From assembly GCA_964565075.1 (NCBI GenBank), contig CAZMCK010000010.1:299-64298 (forward strand): 64,000 nt of DNA, read 5' to 3'. The notes under the pieces were generated by a model. The model was given only the letters and a program-made list of their open reading frames with translations. It searched no databases and was not told the DNA's origin. This document shows, in pieces, positions 31,484-40,655 of the stretch. The position numbers and the translations under genes were made by a program. The DNA comes from an uncultured Dehalococcoidaceae bacterium. GTDB taxonomy: Bacteria; Chloroflexota; Dehalococcoidia; UBA2979. Every line of letters starts with the position of its first letter. Within the stretch, counting starts at the first letter, position 1.

Positions 31484-32375
31484 GTTCGAAGGTGACCTCT
31501 CGCCACTCGACGCGCCGCAGCGCGTGTCCGGGATGCGCGTGCCCGAGGCGTGGGTGCTGCCCGGCAAGCCCGAGGGGCTCTCGGCCGCCGCCGACGATGC
31601 GTGGCGGCAGACCGGGTTCGTGCTCGGTGACGACCTGCGGCTGCTCCAGGCGGGGCTCGATGTGCAGGCGCGCTTCGCGGCGAGCGGCTACTCGCCCCCC
31701 GCGCGCACGATGACGATGGCCGCGCTCGCGTCGATGTGGAGCCGGGCGTTCCTGTGCACCTCAGACGCGACGGCGCTTGTGCGTCGCGGGGCGTACCAGA
31801 GCGCCGTCCCGCTCGTGCGGCAAGCGATCGAGCACGTCGCGGCGCAGTCCGCCCTGCCCGGTGAGATCGAGTCGTTCCTGGACTGGGCGCACCAGGCCTA
31901 CGGCCGCCACGAGCAGGCGCGCGCCGAGGATGTGGGCCTCGGGCACTACTTCGGCGGCGAGGCGATCGCCGGCGACGAGCACCTGCGCGCCATCTACCGC
32001 GCCGCGAGCGACCTCGGGCGCCCCAACTTCGGCGCGAACGCGCTCTTCACCGCCAACGAGGCGTCCGGGCAGCGCTACCCGCTGATCTTCGCCGACGAGG
32101 CGTTCCACCTGGGCTGGGCGGAGCTGCTGCTGGGCTGGCTGCTGCGCATCGGCACGCGCCAGCTCCATATCGCGATGCACGCCCCCGGCCACTTCCCCGC
32201 CTCGCGCGAGGTGCGCGACGAGGTGGTCGCGCACGTCGGCGAGGTCGACCGCCACTTGCTGGAGGGCTCGCGCTGCCGCCTGGAGGAGCACCTCGACGAG
32301 TCGGGGCGTCGCCGGCACCTGCTCACGGACTTCCGGCGGCGACCCGGTGACGCCTCGAAACGTGTGCTGCTGTAG
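31479..32375 (+). CDS. hypothetical protein (298 aa) sharing duplicated leader with the RM gene
   Basis: ORF with high GC3. No recognisable motifs. It starts inside repeat copy B. Confidence 0.5.
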   Translation: MTFEGDLSPLDAPQRVSGMRVPEAWVLPGKPEGLSAAADDAWRQTGFVLGDDLRLLQAGLDVQARFAASGYSPPARTMTMAALASMWSRAFLCTSDATALVRRGAYQSAVPLVRQAIEHVAAQSALPGEIESFLDWAHQAYGRHEQARAEDVGLGHYFGGEAIAGDEHLRAIYRAASDLGRPNFGANALFTANEASGQRYPLIFADEAFHLGWAELLLGWLLRIGTRQLHIAMHAPGHFPASREVRDEVVAHVGEVDRHLLEGSRCRLEEHLDESGRRRHLLTDFRRRPGDASKRVLL

Positions 32376-32420
32376 GCCCTGGTTGACCGCGGCGCCGCTG
32401 CCCCGTCCCGCAGCGAGGGG

Positions 32421-32804
32421 TCAGACGTCCGGTGCGGGTCGGCCCGACTCGGCGAGGCCGCCCACCTTCTCGACGAACTCAGAGACGCGGGCAAGGTTCG
32501 CTTCGACGTTCTCGCGGTCTAGCCAGCCCTCGTAGAAGTTCGTGTGGAGTGCGCCGGCGTCGTTGAACCCGCGACGGATGTCTCCGTCGCCCGTCTCATC
32601 CACGAGCCGGGTGATCACAGCGAAGAGGTCGCAGTGGCTGCCGTGACGCCAGCCGCGGGTCTCGGCTGCGGCTTTCACTACCTGCGCGGCAGCACCCCAG
32701 CCCTTCTCGGACGCCTGCAACAGGTCGTCTTCGTCGAGGTATGCGCGAGCGCGCGCGAGGAACTCGCGCGCTGTGTCAGCGTGGTATTGCGTGCGAGTCG
32801 TCAT
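32421..32804 (-). CDS. HEPN-domain-like protein
   Basis: A small helical protein. SEKGWGAAAQVVKAAAETRGWRHGSH contains an R-x(4-6)-H motif typical of HEPN. No adjacent nucleotidyltransferase partner. Confidence 0.4.
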   Translation of the reverse strand: MTTRTQYHADTAREFLARARAYLDEDDLLQASEKGWGAAAQVVKAAAETRGWRHGSHCDLFAVITRLVDETGDGDIRRGFNDAGALHTNFYEGWLDRENVEANLARVSEFVEKVGGLAESGRPAPDV

Positions 32805-32967
32805 GCGGGGATTGTACCGCGTGGCAGGCGGGTAGCCGACAGGATCACGGCTGCCCCTTCGCGCCAGGCCGCCGCGTCCGGCCCTCGGCGCGGTAGAATC
32901 GATGCCCAGCGCGGCAGCGCGGTAAGATCAGATCGTGCCTCCCCGGACCGAGAGGACAGTCGACGCC

Positions 32968-33987
32968 ATGACCATGCGGGTGGGGATCAACGGCTTCGGC
33001 CGCACCGGGCGACAGTTCCTGCGCGCCTGGTGGGAGCGCAACCGCGAGGACTTCGAGATCGTCGCCATCAACGGCCGCTCCCCCGTCGATGTCCATACCC
33101 ACCTGCTGCGCTACGACTCCGACTACGGCCGCTTCCCCGCCGAGGTGTCCGACGGCGACGGCTGCTTCTCCATCGACGGCCACGAGGTGCGCGTCTTCGA
33201 GGGCTCCGACCCCGCCGCCATCGACTGGGCGTCGGCCGGCGTCGACGTCGTCGTGGAGTCGAGCGGCGCGTTCCGCGACCGCGAGGGCGCGGCGCTGCAC
33301 CTCCGCGACGGCGTGAAGAAGGTGCTCATCTCCGCCCCCGGCAAGGGCGAGGACTGGATGGTCATCTACGGCGTCAACCACGAGGAGTACGACCCGGCCA
33401 GCCACCACGTCATCAGCGCCGGCTCCTGCACCACCAACTGCGTCGTGCCCGTCGTAAAGGTGCTGCACGACGCGTTCGGCGTGGAGCGCGGGCTGATGAC
33501 GACGATCCACGCCTACACGCGCGACCAGAACCTGGTCGACTCGAAGCACAAGGACCTGCGGCGCGCCCGCGCCGCCGCGCTGAACATCGTGCCGACCTCG
33601 ACGGGCGCGGCGAGCGCGGTGTCGAAGATCATGCCGGACCTCGACGGCAAGCTGACGGGCCTCGCCTACCGCGTGCCGACGCCGACCGTCTCGGTCGTCG
33701 ACCTCGCCACGGACCTGGCGCAGAGCGCGTCGGTGGGGGAGATCAACGAGGCGTTCCAGTCGGCGGCGTCGGGTCCCCTCGAAGGCGTGCTCTACGTCGA
33801 GCGCGACGAGCTGGTGTCGACGGACTTCAAGAGCCACCCCGGCTCCTCGATCTTCGACCTGCCCGCGACGATGGTGGTCGACGGTGGGCGGATGGTGAAG
33901 ACGATGGCGTGGTACGACAACGAGTACGGCTACGCGTGCCGGCTCGCTGATGTGTGCGCGCTGATGGCGGAGCGCGGCCTGGAGTAG
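32968..33987 (+). CDS. gap: type I glyceraldehyde-3-phosphate dehydrogenase
   Basis: MTMRVGINGFGRTGR Rossmann N-terminus, active-site SCTTNC, and full-length similarity to GAPDH. Confidence 0.95.
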   Translation: MTMRVGINGFGRTGRQFLRAWWERNREDFEIVAINGRSPVDVHTHLLRYDSDYGRFPAEVSDGDGCFSIDGHEVRVFEGSDPAAIDWASAGVDVVVESSGAFRDREGAALHLRDGVKKVLISAPGKGEDWMVIYGVNHEEYDPASHHVISAGSCTTNCVVPVVKVLHDAFGVERGLMTTIHAYTRDQNLVDSKHKDLRRARAAALNIVPTSTGAASAVSKIMPDLDGKLTGLAYRVPTPTVSVVDLATDLAQSASVGEINEAFQSAASGPLEGVLYVERDELVSTDFKSHPGSSIFDLPATMVVDGGRMVKTMAWYDNEYGYACRLADVCALMAERGLE

Positions 33988-34033
33988 CCGCTCCGACGAG
34001 CCCTCGACCGACGCGAGGTGGCGTCGAGGGTGG

Positions 34034-34306
34034 CTACGCGACTTCCTGGCGAGCGAGCGCGAGGCGGTACTGCGCTTCGAGCCGTAGCCAGAAGCTGGCG
34101 GCGATCCCGAGTGCGTCTTCAAGCTCGATGGCGGTCTTCGCGTCGATGGCCTTCGCACCACGCACGATGGCGCTCACGGCCTGCGACGATCGGCCCATAG
34201 CCTCGGCGAGGTCGCGCTGCGTCATGCCGCGCGCGTCGAGTTCCTGGGTGAGCACTCCGCCGGGCGAGATGGCGAGATCTGACTCGGGCTCGCGGTACTC
34301 AACCAT
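34034..34306 (-). CDS. higA: HigA-family antitoxin (XRE-type HTH)
   Basis: GMTQRDLAEAMGRSSQAVSAIVRG is an HTH; it sits immediately downstream of, and overlaps, the HigB-like gene. Confidence 0.7.
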   Translation of the reverse strand: MVEYREPESDLAISPGGVLTQELDARGMTQRDLAEAMGRSSQAVSAIVRGAKAIDAKTAIELEDALGIAASFWLRLEAQYRLALARQEVA

Positions 34307-34595
34307 GGTAGTCAGTCACTTCCTCGACGATGACGCCAGCTCGCACGGGATCGCGGCTGATGATGAGCCGGACCGCGCCCGTCAGGCGTATAGCGTACTG
34401 TGATCGCCGGTCGCCGCGCAGCGGATGCAAGTCGAGCATCCGGATGTCGTAGAGGTGTTCGAAGCGCTCCACTGCCTTCAGCATTTCGACGCGCTCCACG
34501 TAGCGCTCGCCGACAACGGGACCCAACTCCCTGACGGCTTGCCTGCTGTTATTGAAGCGCCTTTCGAGCCGACGCGTGCGGAAACGAACCTGCAC
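34299..34595 (-). CDS. higB: HigB-family toxin (RelE/ParE superfamily mRNA interferase)
   Basis: LHPLRGDRRSQYAIRLTGAVRLIISRD...VIVEEVTDYH matches the HigB_toxin signature. The start is placed at an internal GTG; the track ORF begins at 34637. Confidence 0.65.
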   Translation of the reverse strand: MQVRFRTRRLERRFNNSRQAVRELGPVVGERYVERVEMLKAVERFEHLYDIRMLDLHPLRGDRRSQYAIRLTGAVRLIISRDPVRAGVIVEEVTDYHG

Positions 34596-34678
34596 GGGCA
34601 CGCACCTCTCGGCACAACTCCATGGAGTCGGCACCACATGCCGACCCGCAGGTGTGCGGGCTGAGGTGGGAGCGAGCG

Positions 34679-34975
34679 CTAGGGTAGCCCGTCCGCCATG
34701 CGGCGGCTACGCAATCTCTGCTGAGCGAGCGCAAGACGATAGCCGCCGTCGAGGCCGACCCAGATGTGGGCGGCGGTTCCGAGCGCAGCCTCGAGTTGGA
34801 GCGCCGTCTCCGCCGAGATCCCCCGCCGGCCCCGGACGATCTCGCTGATGAGTTGCGGCGGGCGATCCATCGCGCGCGCGAGCTCGCGCTGCGTCATGCC
34901 GCGCGCGTCGAGCTCCTCGCCGAGGAGTTCGCCGGGGTGAATCGCCACGTCCGGAATGATCTTTCGGGCAGTCAT
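34679..34975 (-). CDS. second HigA-family antitoxin paralogue (upstream of higB)
   Basis: GMTQRELARAMDRPPQLISEIVRGRRGIS HTH, about 50% identical to the downstream HigA. It lies at the tail of a long GC-artefact ORF. Confidence 0.6.
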   Translation of the reverse strand: MTARKIIPDVAIHPGELLGEELDARGMTQRELARAMDRPPQLISEIVRGRRGISAETALQLEAALGTAAHIWVGLDGGYRLALAQQRLRSRRMADGLP

Positions 34976-35056
34976 CACTCGCTCAGGCTCGCTAGCAGCG
35001 CTCCGATCATCTTCCGGCAGGCCGGTGAATGTCGCCACTGTTACACTCCCCCGGCC

Positions 35057-36391
35057 ATGCTTGACGCCCTCAGCGAACGTCTCCAGTCCACCTTCGCCAG
35101 GCTCGGCCGCGGCGGGCGCATCACCGAGGCCGACCTCGATGCCGCGCTGCGCGAGGTGCGCGTCGCGCTGCTGGAGGCCGACGTCAACTTCCGCGTCGTC
35201 CGCGACTTCATCGCGCGTGTGCGCGAGCGGGCCAACGGCGCCGAGGTGCTGCAGTCGATCACGCCCGGCCAGCAGGTCATCGGCATCGTCAACGACCAGC
35301 TCGTCGAGATCCTCGGGGGCAACGAGGAGCCGATGCTGCGCGCCGAGAAGGGCCCGACGAAGATCCTCGTCTGCGGCGTGCAGGGCTCGGGCAAGACCAC
35401 GCTCGCCGGTCGCCTCGCGCTGCACCTGCAGGAGGAGGGCCTGCGCCCCCTCCTCGTCGCGACCGACTTCCAACGCGCCGCCGCTTCCGAGCAGCTGCGC
35501 GTGCTCGGCGACGAGATCGGCGTGCCCGTCTACGCCGAGGAGGCCGAGGCGCCAGCCCCCGAGATCGGCAAGCGCGCGCTCGCCGAGGCGCAGCGCAGCG
35601 GCGCGACGGCCGTGGTCGTCGACACCCGCGGCGCGGTCGCCCTCGACGACGACTTCGCCGACGAGCTGGCCGACCTGGCCGACGAGATCGACCCGACCGA
35701 GGTGCTGATCGTCGTCGACGCGATGACCGGCCAGGAGGCCGTCACGCTCGCGCAGGACTTCGACGACGCCGTGGAGGGCACGGGCATCGTCGTCACCAAG
35801 GTGGACTCCGACACGCGCGGGGGCGCCGTGCTCTCGGTGCGCGAGGTGACCGGGCTGCCCATCAAGTTCATCACCACCGGCGAGCGCCTGGACGCGCTCG
35901 AGGTCTTCCACCCGGACCGCTTCGCCTCACGCATCCTCGGCATGGGCGACGTGGTGTCGCTGGTGGAGAAGGCGAAGGAGACGATCGGGGAGACCGAGGT
36001 CCGCGACGTCGCGCGGCGCATGCAGCGCGGCGAGTTCGACCTCGAGGACTTCCTGCTGCAGATGCAGCAGGTGCAGGAGATGGGGCCGCTCTCGGGCTTG
36101 CTCGACATGCTGCCCGGCGCGGGCCAGATGAAGCAGCAGCTCGCCATCCCCGAGATCGACGACCGGTTCTGGAAGCACAACGAGGCGATCATCCTCTCGA
36201 TGACCCCCGCCGAGCGCCGCCGCCCGGAGATCATCGACGGCTCCAGGCGGCGTCGCATCGCCGCGGGATGCGGGATGCAGCCCGCCGACGTGAACCGCCT
36301 CCTGAACCAGTACCGCGAGGCGAGGAAGCTGATGCAGGCTATGACCACTGGCAAGGGCCCCGGCGGCCTCGGCAAGCTGCTCGGGCTGTAG
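35057..36391 (+). CDS. ffh: signal recognition particle protein Ffh
   Basis: N domain, G domain (GVQGSGKTT, DTRG/ATDFQRAAA motifs) and an M domain with the Met-rich C-terminus. Confidence 0.95.
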   Translation: MLDALSERLQSTFARLGRGGRITEADLDAALREVRVALLEADVNFRVVRDFIARVRERANGAEVLQSITPGQQVIGIVNDQLVEILGGNEEPMLRAEKGPTKILVCGVQGSGKTTLAGRLALHLQEEGLRPLLVATDFQRAAASEQLRVLGDEIGVPVYAEEAEAPAPEIGKRALAEAQRSGATAVVVDTRGAVALDDDFADELADLADEIDPTEVLIVVDAMTGQEAVTLAQDFDDAVEGTGIVVTKVDSDTRGGAVLSVREVTGLPIKFITTGERLDALEVFHPDRFASRILGMGDVVSLVEKAKETIGETEVRDVARRMQRGEFDLEDFLLQMQQVQEMGPLSGLLDMLPGAGQMKQQLAIPEIDDRFWKHNEAIILSMTPAERRRPEIIDGSRRRRIAAGCGMQPADVNRLLNQYREARKLMQAMTTGKGPGGLGKLLGL

Positions 36392-36439
36392 ATCCGTCTT
36401 CCGGAGGACGCGAGGGACGAGGGTCCCGCGTCGGCGCTG

Positions 36440-37357
36440 CTACTCGCGCGTGGCCTCGACGAAATCGAGGAGAGCGCCGAGGGAATGCGCCCAGAACAGG
36501 GTCAGGCCGCGCTCCTGCGCCTCAATGAGGGTGGTCAGGCCGAATACTCCACTCAGCACCGCCGCCGGGACGACGTTGTTGCGTCCAAGATCCTCGATCC
36601 AGACGCGTGCCTTCACGGCGGCGTCGTTGGTCAGCCGCTTGATCGAGTTGAGTTCGGAGTTGCTGACCTTGCACTCGATGGGCATCACGCGCCCATCCCA
36701 CAGCCGCACGACCACGTCGGCCTTCCGCGACGCGCCGACCACGCACTCGCCGGTGAAGCGTCCCATGTCCGGGGCCGCAGACAGGTTCGGGATCGGCCGC
36801 GCGGGGCTTTCGACGAAGTCCGCGTCGGACAGCCGCGACTTCACGAGGGCTTCCTGGCGGCGCGGGGCGTCGGTCATGCGATGTGTCCGGACGCGCTGCG
36901 AGGCGATCAACGCCGTGGTGGCAACGACTGCGGCGCGCCATTCATCGTCGCTCGGCTCGCGTTCGTCCGCGACCCACGGGAAGCGCTCGCTGTCGAGGCC
37001 CCGGAGGATCGTCTCGGCAACACGGCGCGCACCTTCACGGTCGGCGCTCAGCCTCGACGGCGCGAGCCGCATGTCCGCGAGCACCTGCAAATCGTCCTCT
37101 GACACGGGCGGGCCAGCGAGGTAGCGCGCCGCTTGCATCAACTCCCCGTCGGCCAGAATCGCCGACGCATCGGCCTCAAGCGTCGAGAGATCGGCGGTCT
37201 CGTCGAGCAGGCGCTCAACCGCCGCACGCTGTCGCTCGAAGTTCCGCAGGTACAGGTCGAGCGACTCACTCATGCGCTCGGCGCGGAACTGCTGGACTGC
37301 GACTCGCCGATCCTCTTCGAGTTGCTCCTCCGACCAGACAGGGGGTCGCGCGGGCAC
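36440..37357 (-). CDS. type II restriction endonuclease (PD-(D/E)XK-like) partnered with upstream methyltransferase
   Basis: KADVVVRLWDGRVMPIECK is a D...E-C-K catalytic motif. Its start is 2 nt from the methyltransferase stop on the same strand (translational coupling). The 305-aa size is typical for an R subunit. Confidence 0.55.
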   Translation of the reverse strand: MPARPPVWSEEQLEEDRRVAVQQFRAERMSESLDLYLRNFERQRAAVERLLDETADLSTLEADASAILADGELMQAARYLAGPPVSEDDLQVLADMRLAPSRLSADREGARRVAETILRGLDSERFPWVADEREPSDDEWRAAVVATTALIASQRVRTHRMTDAPRRQEALVKSRLSDADFVESPARPIPNLSAAPDMGRFTGECVVGASRKADVVVRLWDGRVMPIECKVSNSELNSIKRLTNDAAVKARVWIEDLGRNNVVPAAVLSGVFGLTTLIEAQERGLTLFWAHSLGALLDFVEATRE

Positions 37358-37358
37358 G

Positions 37359-38999
37359 TCAGTCCTCCATCAGCAGGTCGGGGGACGGCACGGGGATGCG
37401 CTCCATCTCCCTCGGCTCGAACTTGACAAGTCCCCCGGCGTAGGTGCGCCCCAACTCCGGGCTGACCGTACGCCGCAGCGCTTCGGCGAGGCGATCGAGC
37501 GCGCGGTCGGGGAGTGGTTCGCGTGGGTAGATGCCGTGTGCGATGTTGATGTGTCGCACTCCCGCGACGTTGCGAACGAATGCCGGCGGTCGCCGCGCCA
37601 TGTATGTCGCGAGGAGCGGGGCCGGCTCGCGCAAGCCTACCGACCACCATGCTCTGCGGTTGCGCGCGACGTACCCGTCGGCAACGCCGGCCGCCTCTGC
37701 CGAACGCAAGAAGCCCTCAACTTGCGCCTGTTCGTCGGAGTCGAGTTCGCTGAGGTCCGTCGGGAGGTCGATAACCCGACGCAGCGCCGAGGCCGACTCT
37801 AGCCGCTCGCCAGCCTCGATGAGCTCGCGGGCGCGGGTGACCGAGGGCAAGAGGTAGCGTTCGGGCACGGACGGCCGCTCGCCTCTCTCCACCACCCAGG
37901 TGGCGTTGGCGCCCGTCACCTGGCCTCGATGCACGCGGCAGATCTCGCCGAGTTCAACGTAGCCATCGGGCATGGCTGGCCTTGAGCGCACCAGCGGCGT
38001 CCAGCGCGACGATTGCTCAAGCGCCGCGCGCTCGACCCGGCGGCCGGCGGTGAGCGGCGAGAGTTCGCCGGCGTTCTCGATCATGCGCATCTGCATAGCG
38101 CGCGGGGGCGAGCCCACTTCGAAGCAGGTAACGGCGGCAGTGGTAGCTGTGTCGCCGAACGGCAGGGCTGCCGGATCCACGACGTGAATCGAGCGCCCGC
38201 CGAGGCCGTCGAGCAGGAGTCTCCTGATCGCGTCGCCGTAGTTCACGTCGAGCCATTCGGCGCTCGTTACGAAGCAGCCGATGTCGCCCGGCCGCGCGTG
38301 GAGGGCGGTCGCGAGGAAGAAGTAGGCATGGAGCCCGGCGAGGCCGGACAGGCGAACCCCGAAGCGGCCCGCTGCAAGCTGCGCCCACGCCTTAGTGTCC
38401 GAATCGAGGTCGTGGTGGCGGACGTACGGCGGGTTCCCGATGAACGCGGTGCGACCATCGTGCGCGGGAAGCAGGAGGCGCGTGTAGTCGGCGTTTAGCA
38501 CGTGGGCCCGCTCGTGGCGGCCGAGCGCCGCGAGCCCGGCTCGAGTCAGCAGCGTCGCCAGCGGGTCTGAATCAACGGCGACGAGGTCGGCTTCGCTCCG
38601 GCGTGCGACCTCGAGCGCGAAACGCCCGCTCCCGCATCCGGCGTCGACGACGCGGGCCGGCGACGCGTCGAGCGCCCAGTCCACCATTGGCCGTGTGATC
38701 GTGGGCGGTGTGAAGACCTGGCCGAGCGAGCGGCGGTGGGGCGCGGAGCGGACGGCGATCAACCGCTCGCCGAGCGGGTCACCGCCGGATTGGATTGCCT
38801 CGACCGTGGCGCGGAGGTGTGACGCAGGTGGTGCGGGGCGGCCAGCCGCCTCGGCGGCGAGCGCGGACTCACCGGGGGAGAAGGGACCGCCGACCTCGGC
38901 CGCGCCGAGCGCAAGCGCCATCCGCGCGAGGTCGTGCTCCTCGCTCCCAGGCGGGCTGGGTGCGGAGGACGTTCGCGGTTCGGTTCGCAGCCGCTCCAT
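37359..38999 (-). CDS. N6-adenine-specific DNA methyltransferase (gamma class, type II)
   Basis: SAM motif I VVDAGCGSGRFALEVA and catalytic motif IV FIGNPPYVRHH. A C-terminal target-recognition domain follows. Start placed at the Met (MERLRTEP) just downstream of an AT-rich promoter-like patch; the track ORF runs to 39167. Confidence 0.8.
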   Translation of the reverse strand: MERLRTEPRTSSAPSPPGSEEHDLARMALALGAAEVGGPFSPGESALAAEAAGRPAPPASHLRATVEAIQSGGDPLGERLIAVRSAPHRRSLGQVFTPPTITRPMVDWALDASPARVVDAGCGSGRFALEVARRSEADLVAVDSDPLATLLTRAGLAALGRHERAHVLNADYTRLLLPAHDGRTAFIGNPPYVRHHDLDSDTKAWAQLAAGRFGVRLSGLAGLHAYFFLATALHARPGDIGCFVTSAEWLDVNYGDAIRRLLLDGLGGRSIHVVDPAALPFGDTATTAAVTCFEVGSPPRAMQMRMIENAGELSPLTAGRRVERAALEQSSRWTPLVRSRPAMPDGYVELGEICRVHRGQVTGANATWVVERGERPSVPERYLLPSVTRARELIEAGERLESASALRRVIDLPTDLSELDSDEQAQVEGFLRSAEAAGVADGYVARNRRAWWSVGLREPAPLLATYMARRPPAFVRNVAGVRHINIAHGIYPREPLPDRALDRLAEALRRTVSPELGRTYAGGLVKFEPREMERIPVPSPDLLMED

Positions 39000-39178
39000 G
39001 GAAGAGGTTATACCACATGCATAGAACATATGGGCGTCGCCGCGCGCTCGTCGTACGCTCATCGTTCGCGGACCGTCACACCCCGCCCGTGCTGACGCTA
39101 GCAAGGCCGCGCGGTAGCCTGTCGGGGCGCGTCCCGCCCCTCGGCGATCACGACGCCGAGGAGTCACCTGGAGGTTCC

Positions 39179-39505
39179 GTGCTCCGCATCCGGCTTCGCC
39201 GCACCGGCCGTTCCAAGGCCCCCTACTACCGCGTCGTCGTCGCCGACCAGCGCGCCCCGCGCGACGGCGACTTCGTCGAGATCATCGGTCACTACAACCC
39301 CCGCTCCACCGAGAAGGAGCTGGTGCTCAAGGAAGAGCGCGTCCGCCACTGGCTGGACCAGGGCGCGCGCCCCAGCGAGACCGTGCACCGCCTGCTGCAC
39401 AAGCAGGGGCTGATCGAGGAGCCCCCGGTGCAGCGCTTCACCCATCCCAGCCGCGCCGAGCGCGAGGCCGCCGCGGCAGCAGCCGCCGGCGAGGGCGAGG
39501 ACTAG
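39179..39505 (+). CDS. rpsP: 30S ribosomal protein S16
   Basis: VLRIRLRRTGRSKAPYYRVVVAD...IGHYNP. GTG start with a GGAGGT RBS 3-8 nt upstream. Confidence 0.9.
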   Translation: MLRIRLRRTGRSKAPYYRVVVADQRAPRDGDFVEIIGHYNPRSTEKELVLKEERVRHWLDQGARPSETVHRLLHKQGLIEEPPVQRFTHPSRAEREAAAAAAAGEGED

Positions 39506-39509
39506 CCCC

Positions 39510-39737
39510 GTGGTCTCGCTCATCGAATACCTCGTGCGCGCGATCGCCTCGCAGCCCGACGACGTGGTCGTCGAGGAAGAGGACCGCGGCGACCACATCG
39601 TGATCCACGTGCAGTGCCACGAGGACGACAAGGGCCGCATCATCGGCCGTGACGGGCGCGTCGCCAACGCGATGCGCTCGCTGCTCTACGTCGCGAGCAC
39701 CCGCGCCGGGGTGCGCGCCTCCCTCAACATCGAGTAG
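39510..39737 (+). CDS. KH-domain RNA-binding protein (YlqC/UPF0109 family)
   Basis: 75 aa with the KH GxxG (IIGRDGRVANAMR). Conserved position between rpsP and rimM. Confidence 0.8.
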   Translation: MVSLIEYLVRAIASQPDDVVVEEEDRGDHIVIHVQCHEDDKGRIIGRDGRVANAMRSLLYVASTRAGVRASLNIE

Positions 39738-39742
39738 CTCCC

Positions 39743-40348
39743 ATGCGCCGGATCGCCCCTCCGCGGCGCGCCCGGCGTGGCAACGGCCCCCGCAACGGCG
39801 GGGCCGATCGCCGCAGGCGCCAGCCCCGGGAGTCGCGAGGCCGCGTCGCCGTCGGCCGCATCAACGCGACGTGGGGCCTGCGCGGCCACGTGAAGGTCAC
39901 CCCGCTCACCTCGAACCCGCAACGCATCCAGCCCGGCGCGGTCCTGCTCGTGCGCGGCGAGCCGCGCGAGGTGCTGGACGTGCGCTACCCGAAGGGCTTC
40001 CCGTGCGTCGTCTTCGCGGGCTACGAGGACGCCACCGCCGCCAGCGCGCTGCGCGGCACGCTCATCGAGATCGACGATGCCGACCTGCCGGACCTCGGCC
40101 AGGATGAGTACTACGTCCACGACCTCGTCGGCCTCGAGGTGGTGACCACCGAGGGCGAGCGCCTCGGCAGGCTGGCCGAGGTGCTGCGCACAGGGGCCAA
40201 CGACGTCTACATCGTGCGCCGCAAGGGCGAGCGCGACCTGCTCCTCCCCGCCATCGGCGACGTGATCGGCGAGGTCGACCTCGACGGCGGGCGGATGGTG
40301 GTGCAGCTGCTCCCGGGCCTCCTCGGCGGTGACGACAAGGGGGAGTGA
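39743..40348 (+). CDS. rimM: ribosome maturation factor RimM
   Basis: RimM N-terminal beta-barrel followed by a PRC-barrel (GRINATWGLRGHVKV...DLVGLEVVTTEGERLG). It follows the KH gene as in most bacteria. Confidence 0.85.
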   Translation: MRRIAPPRRARRGNGPRNGGADRRRRQPRESRGRVAVGRINATWGLRGHVKVTPLTSNPQRIQPGAVLLVRGEPREVLDVRYPKGFPCVVFAGYEDATAASALRGTLIEIDDADLPDLGQDEYYVHDLVGLEVVTTEGERLGRLAEVLRTGANDVYIVRRKGERDLLLPAIGDVIGEVDLDGGRMVVQLLPGLLGGDDKGE

Positions 40349-40406
40349 GCCGGGCGGTGCTTGCGGGGGCAAGCCCTCGTGGAGCCCGTAGCGCCGTTCC
40401 CAGCCC

Positions 40407-40655
40407 TTAGCGTGCTCCGCCTTCCCATGCCGCCAGTTCTTCCTCCGGCAGCGGGTCGAAGAAGCTGTCGTCGATGGAGATGCGGCCCTTCCACGAACCC
40501 GGCTCACGCGGCCTGCTCCATCCGCTCGGCCGGGTCGGTTCCAGCCGTACGACCGGCTTGCCGTCGCGAGTGATCACGACATCTTCGCCGGCTTCGGCGC
40601 GCGCGATGAGACGCGCCAGGTGGGTCCTGGCCTCGCAGACACTGAAGGTCGGCAT
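40407..40655 (-). CDS. Phd/YefM-VapB-type antitoxin-like protein (orphan)
   Basis: MPTFSVCEARTHLARLIARAEAGEDVVITRDGKPVVRLEP is a Phd/YefM N-domain. The C-terminal GRISIDDSFFDPLPEEELAAWEG is the toxin-binding tail seen in VapB antitoxins. No toxin gene is adjacent; only 58 bp separate it from rimM. Confidence 0.55.
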   Translation of the reverse strand: MPTFSVCEARTHLARLIARAEAGEDVVITRDGKPVVRLEPTRPSGWSRPREPGSWKGRISIDDSFFDPLPEEELAAWEGGAR

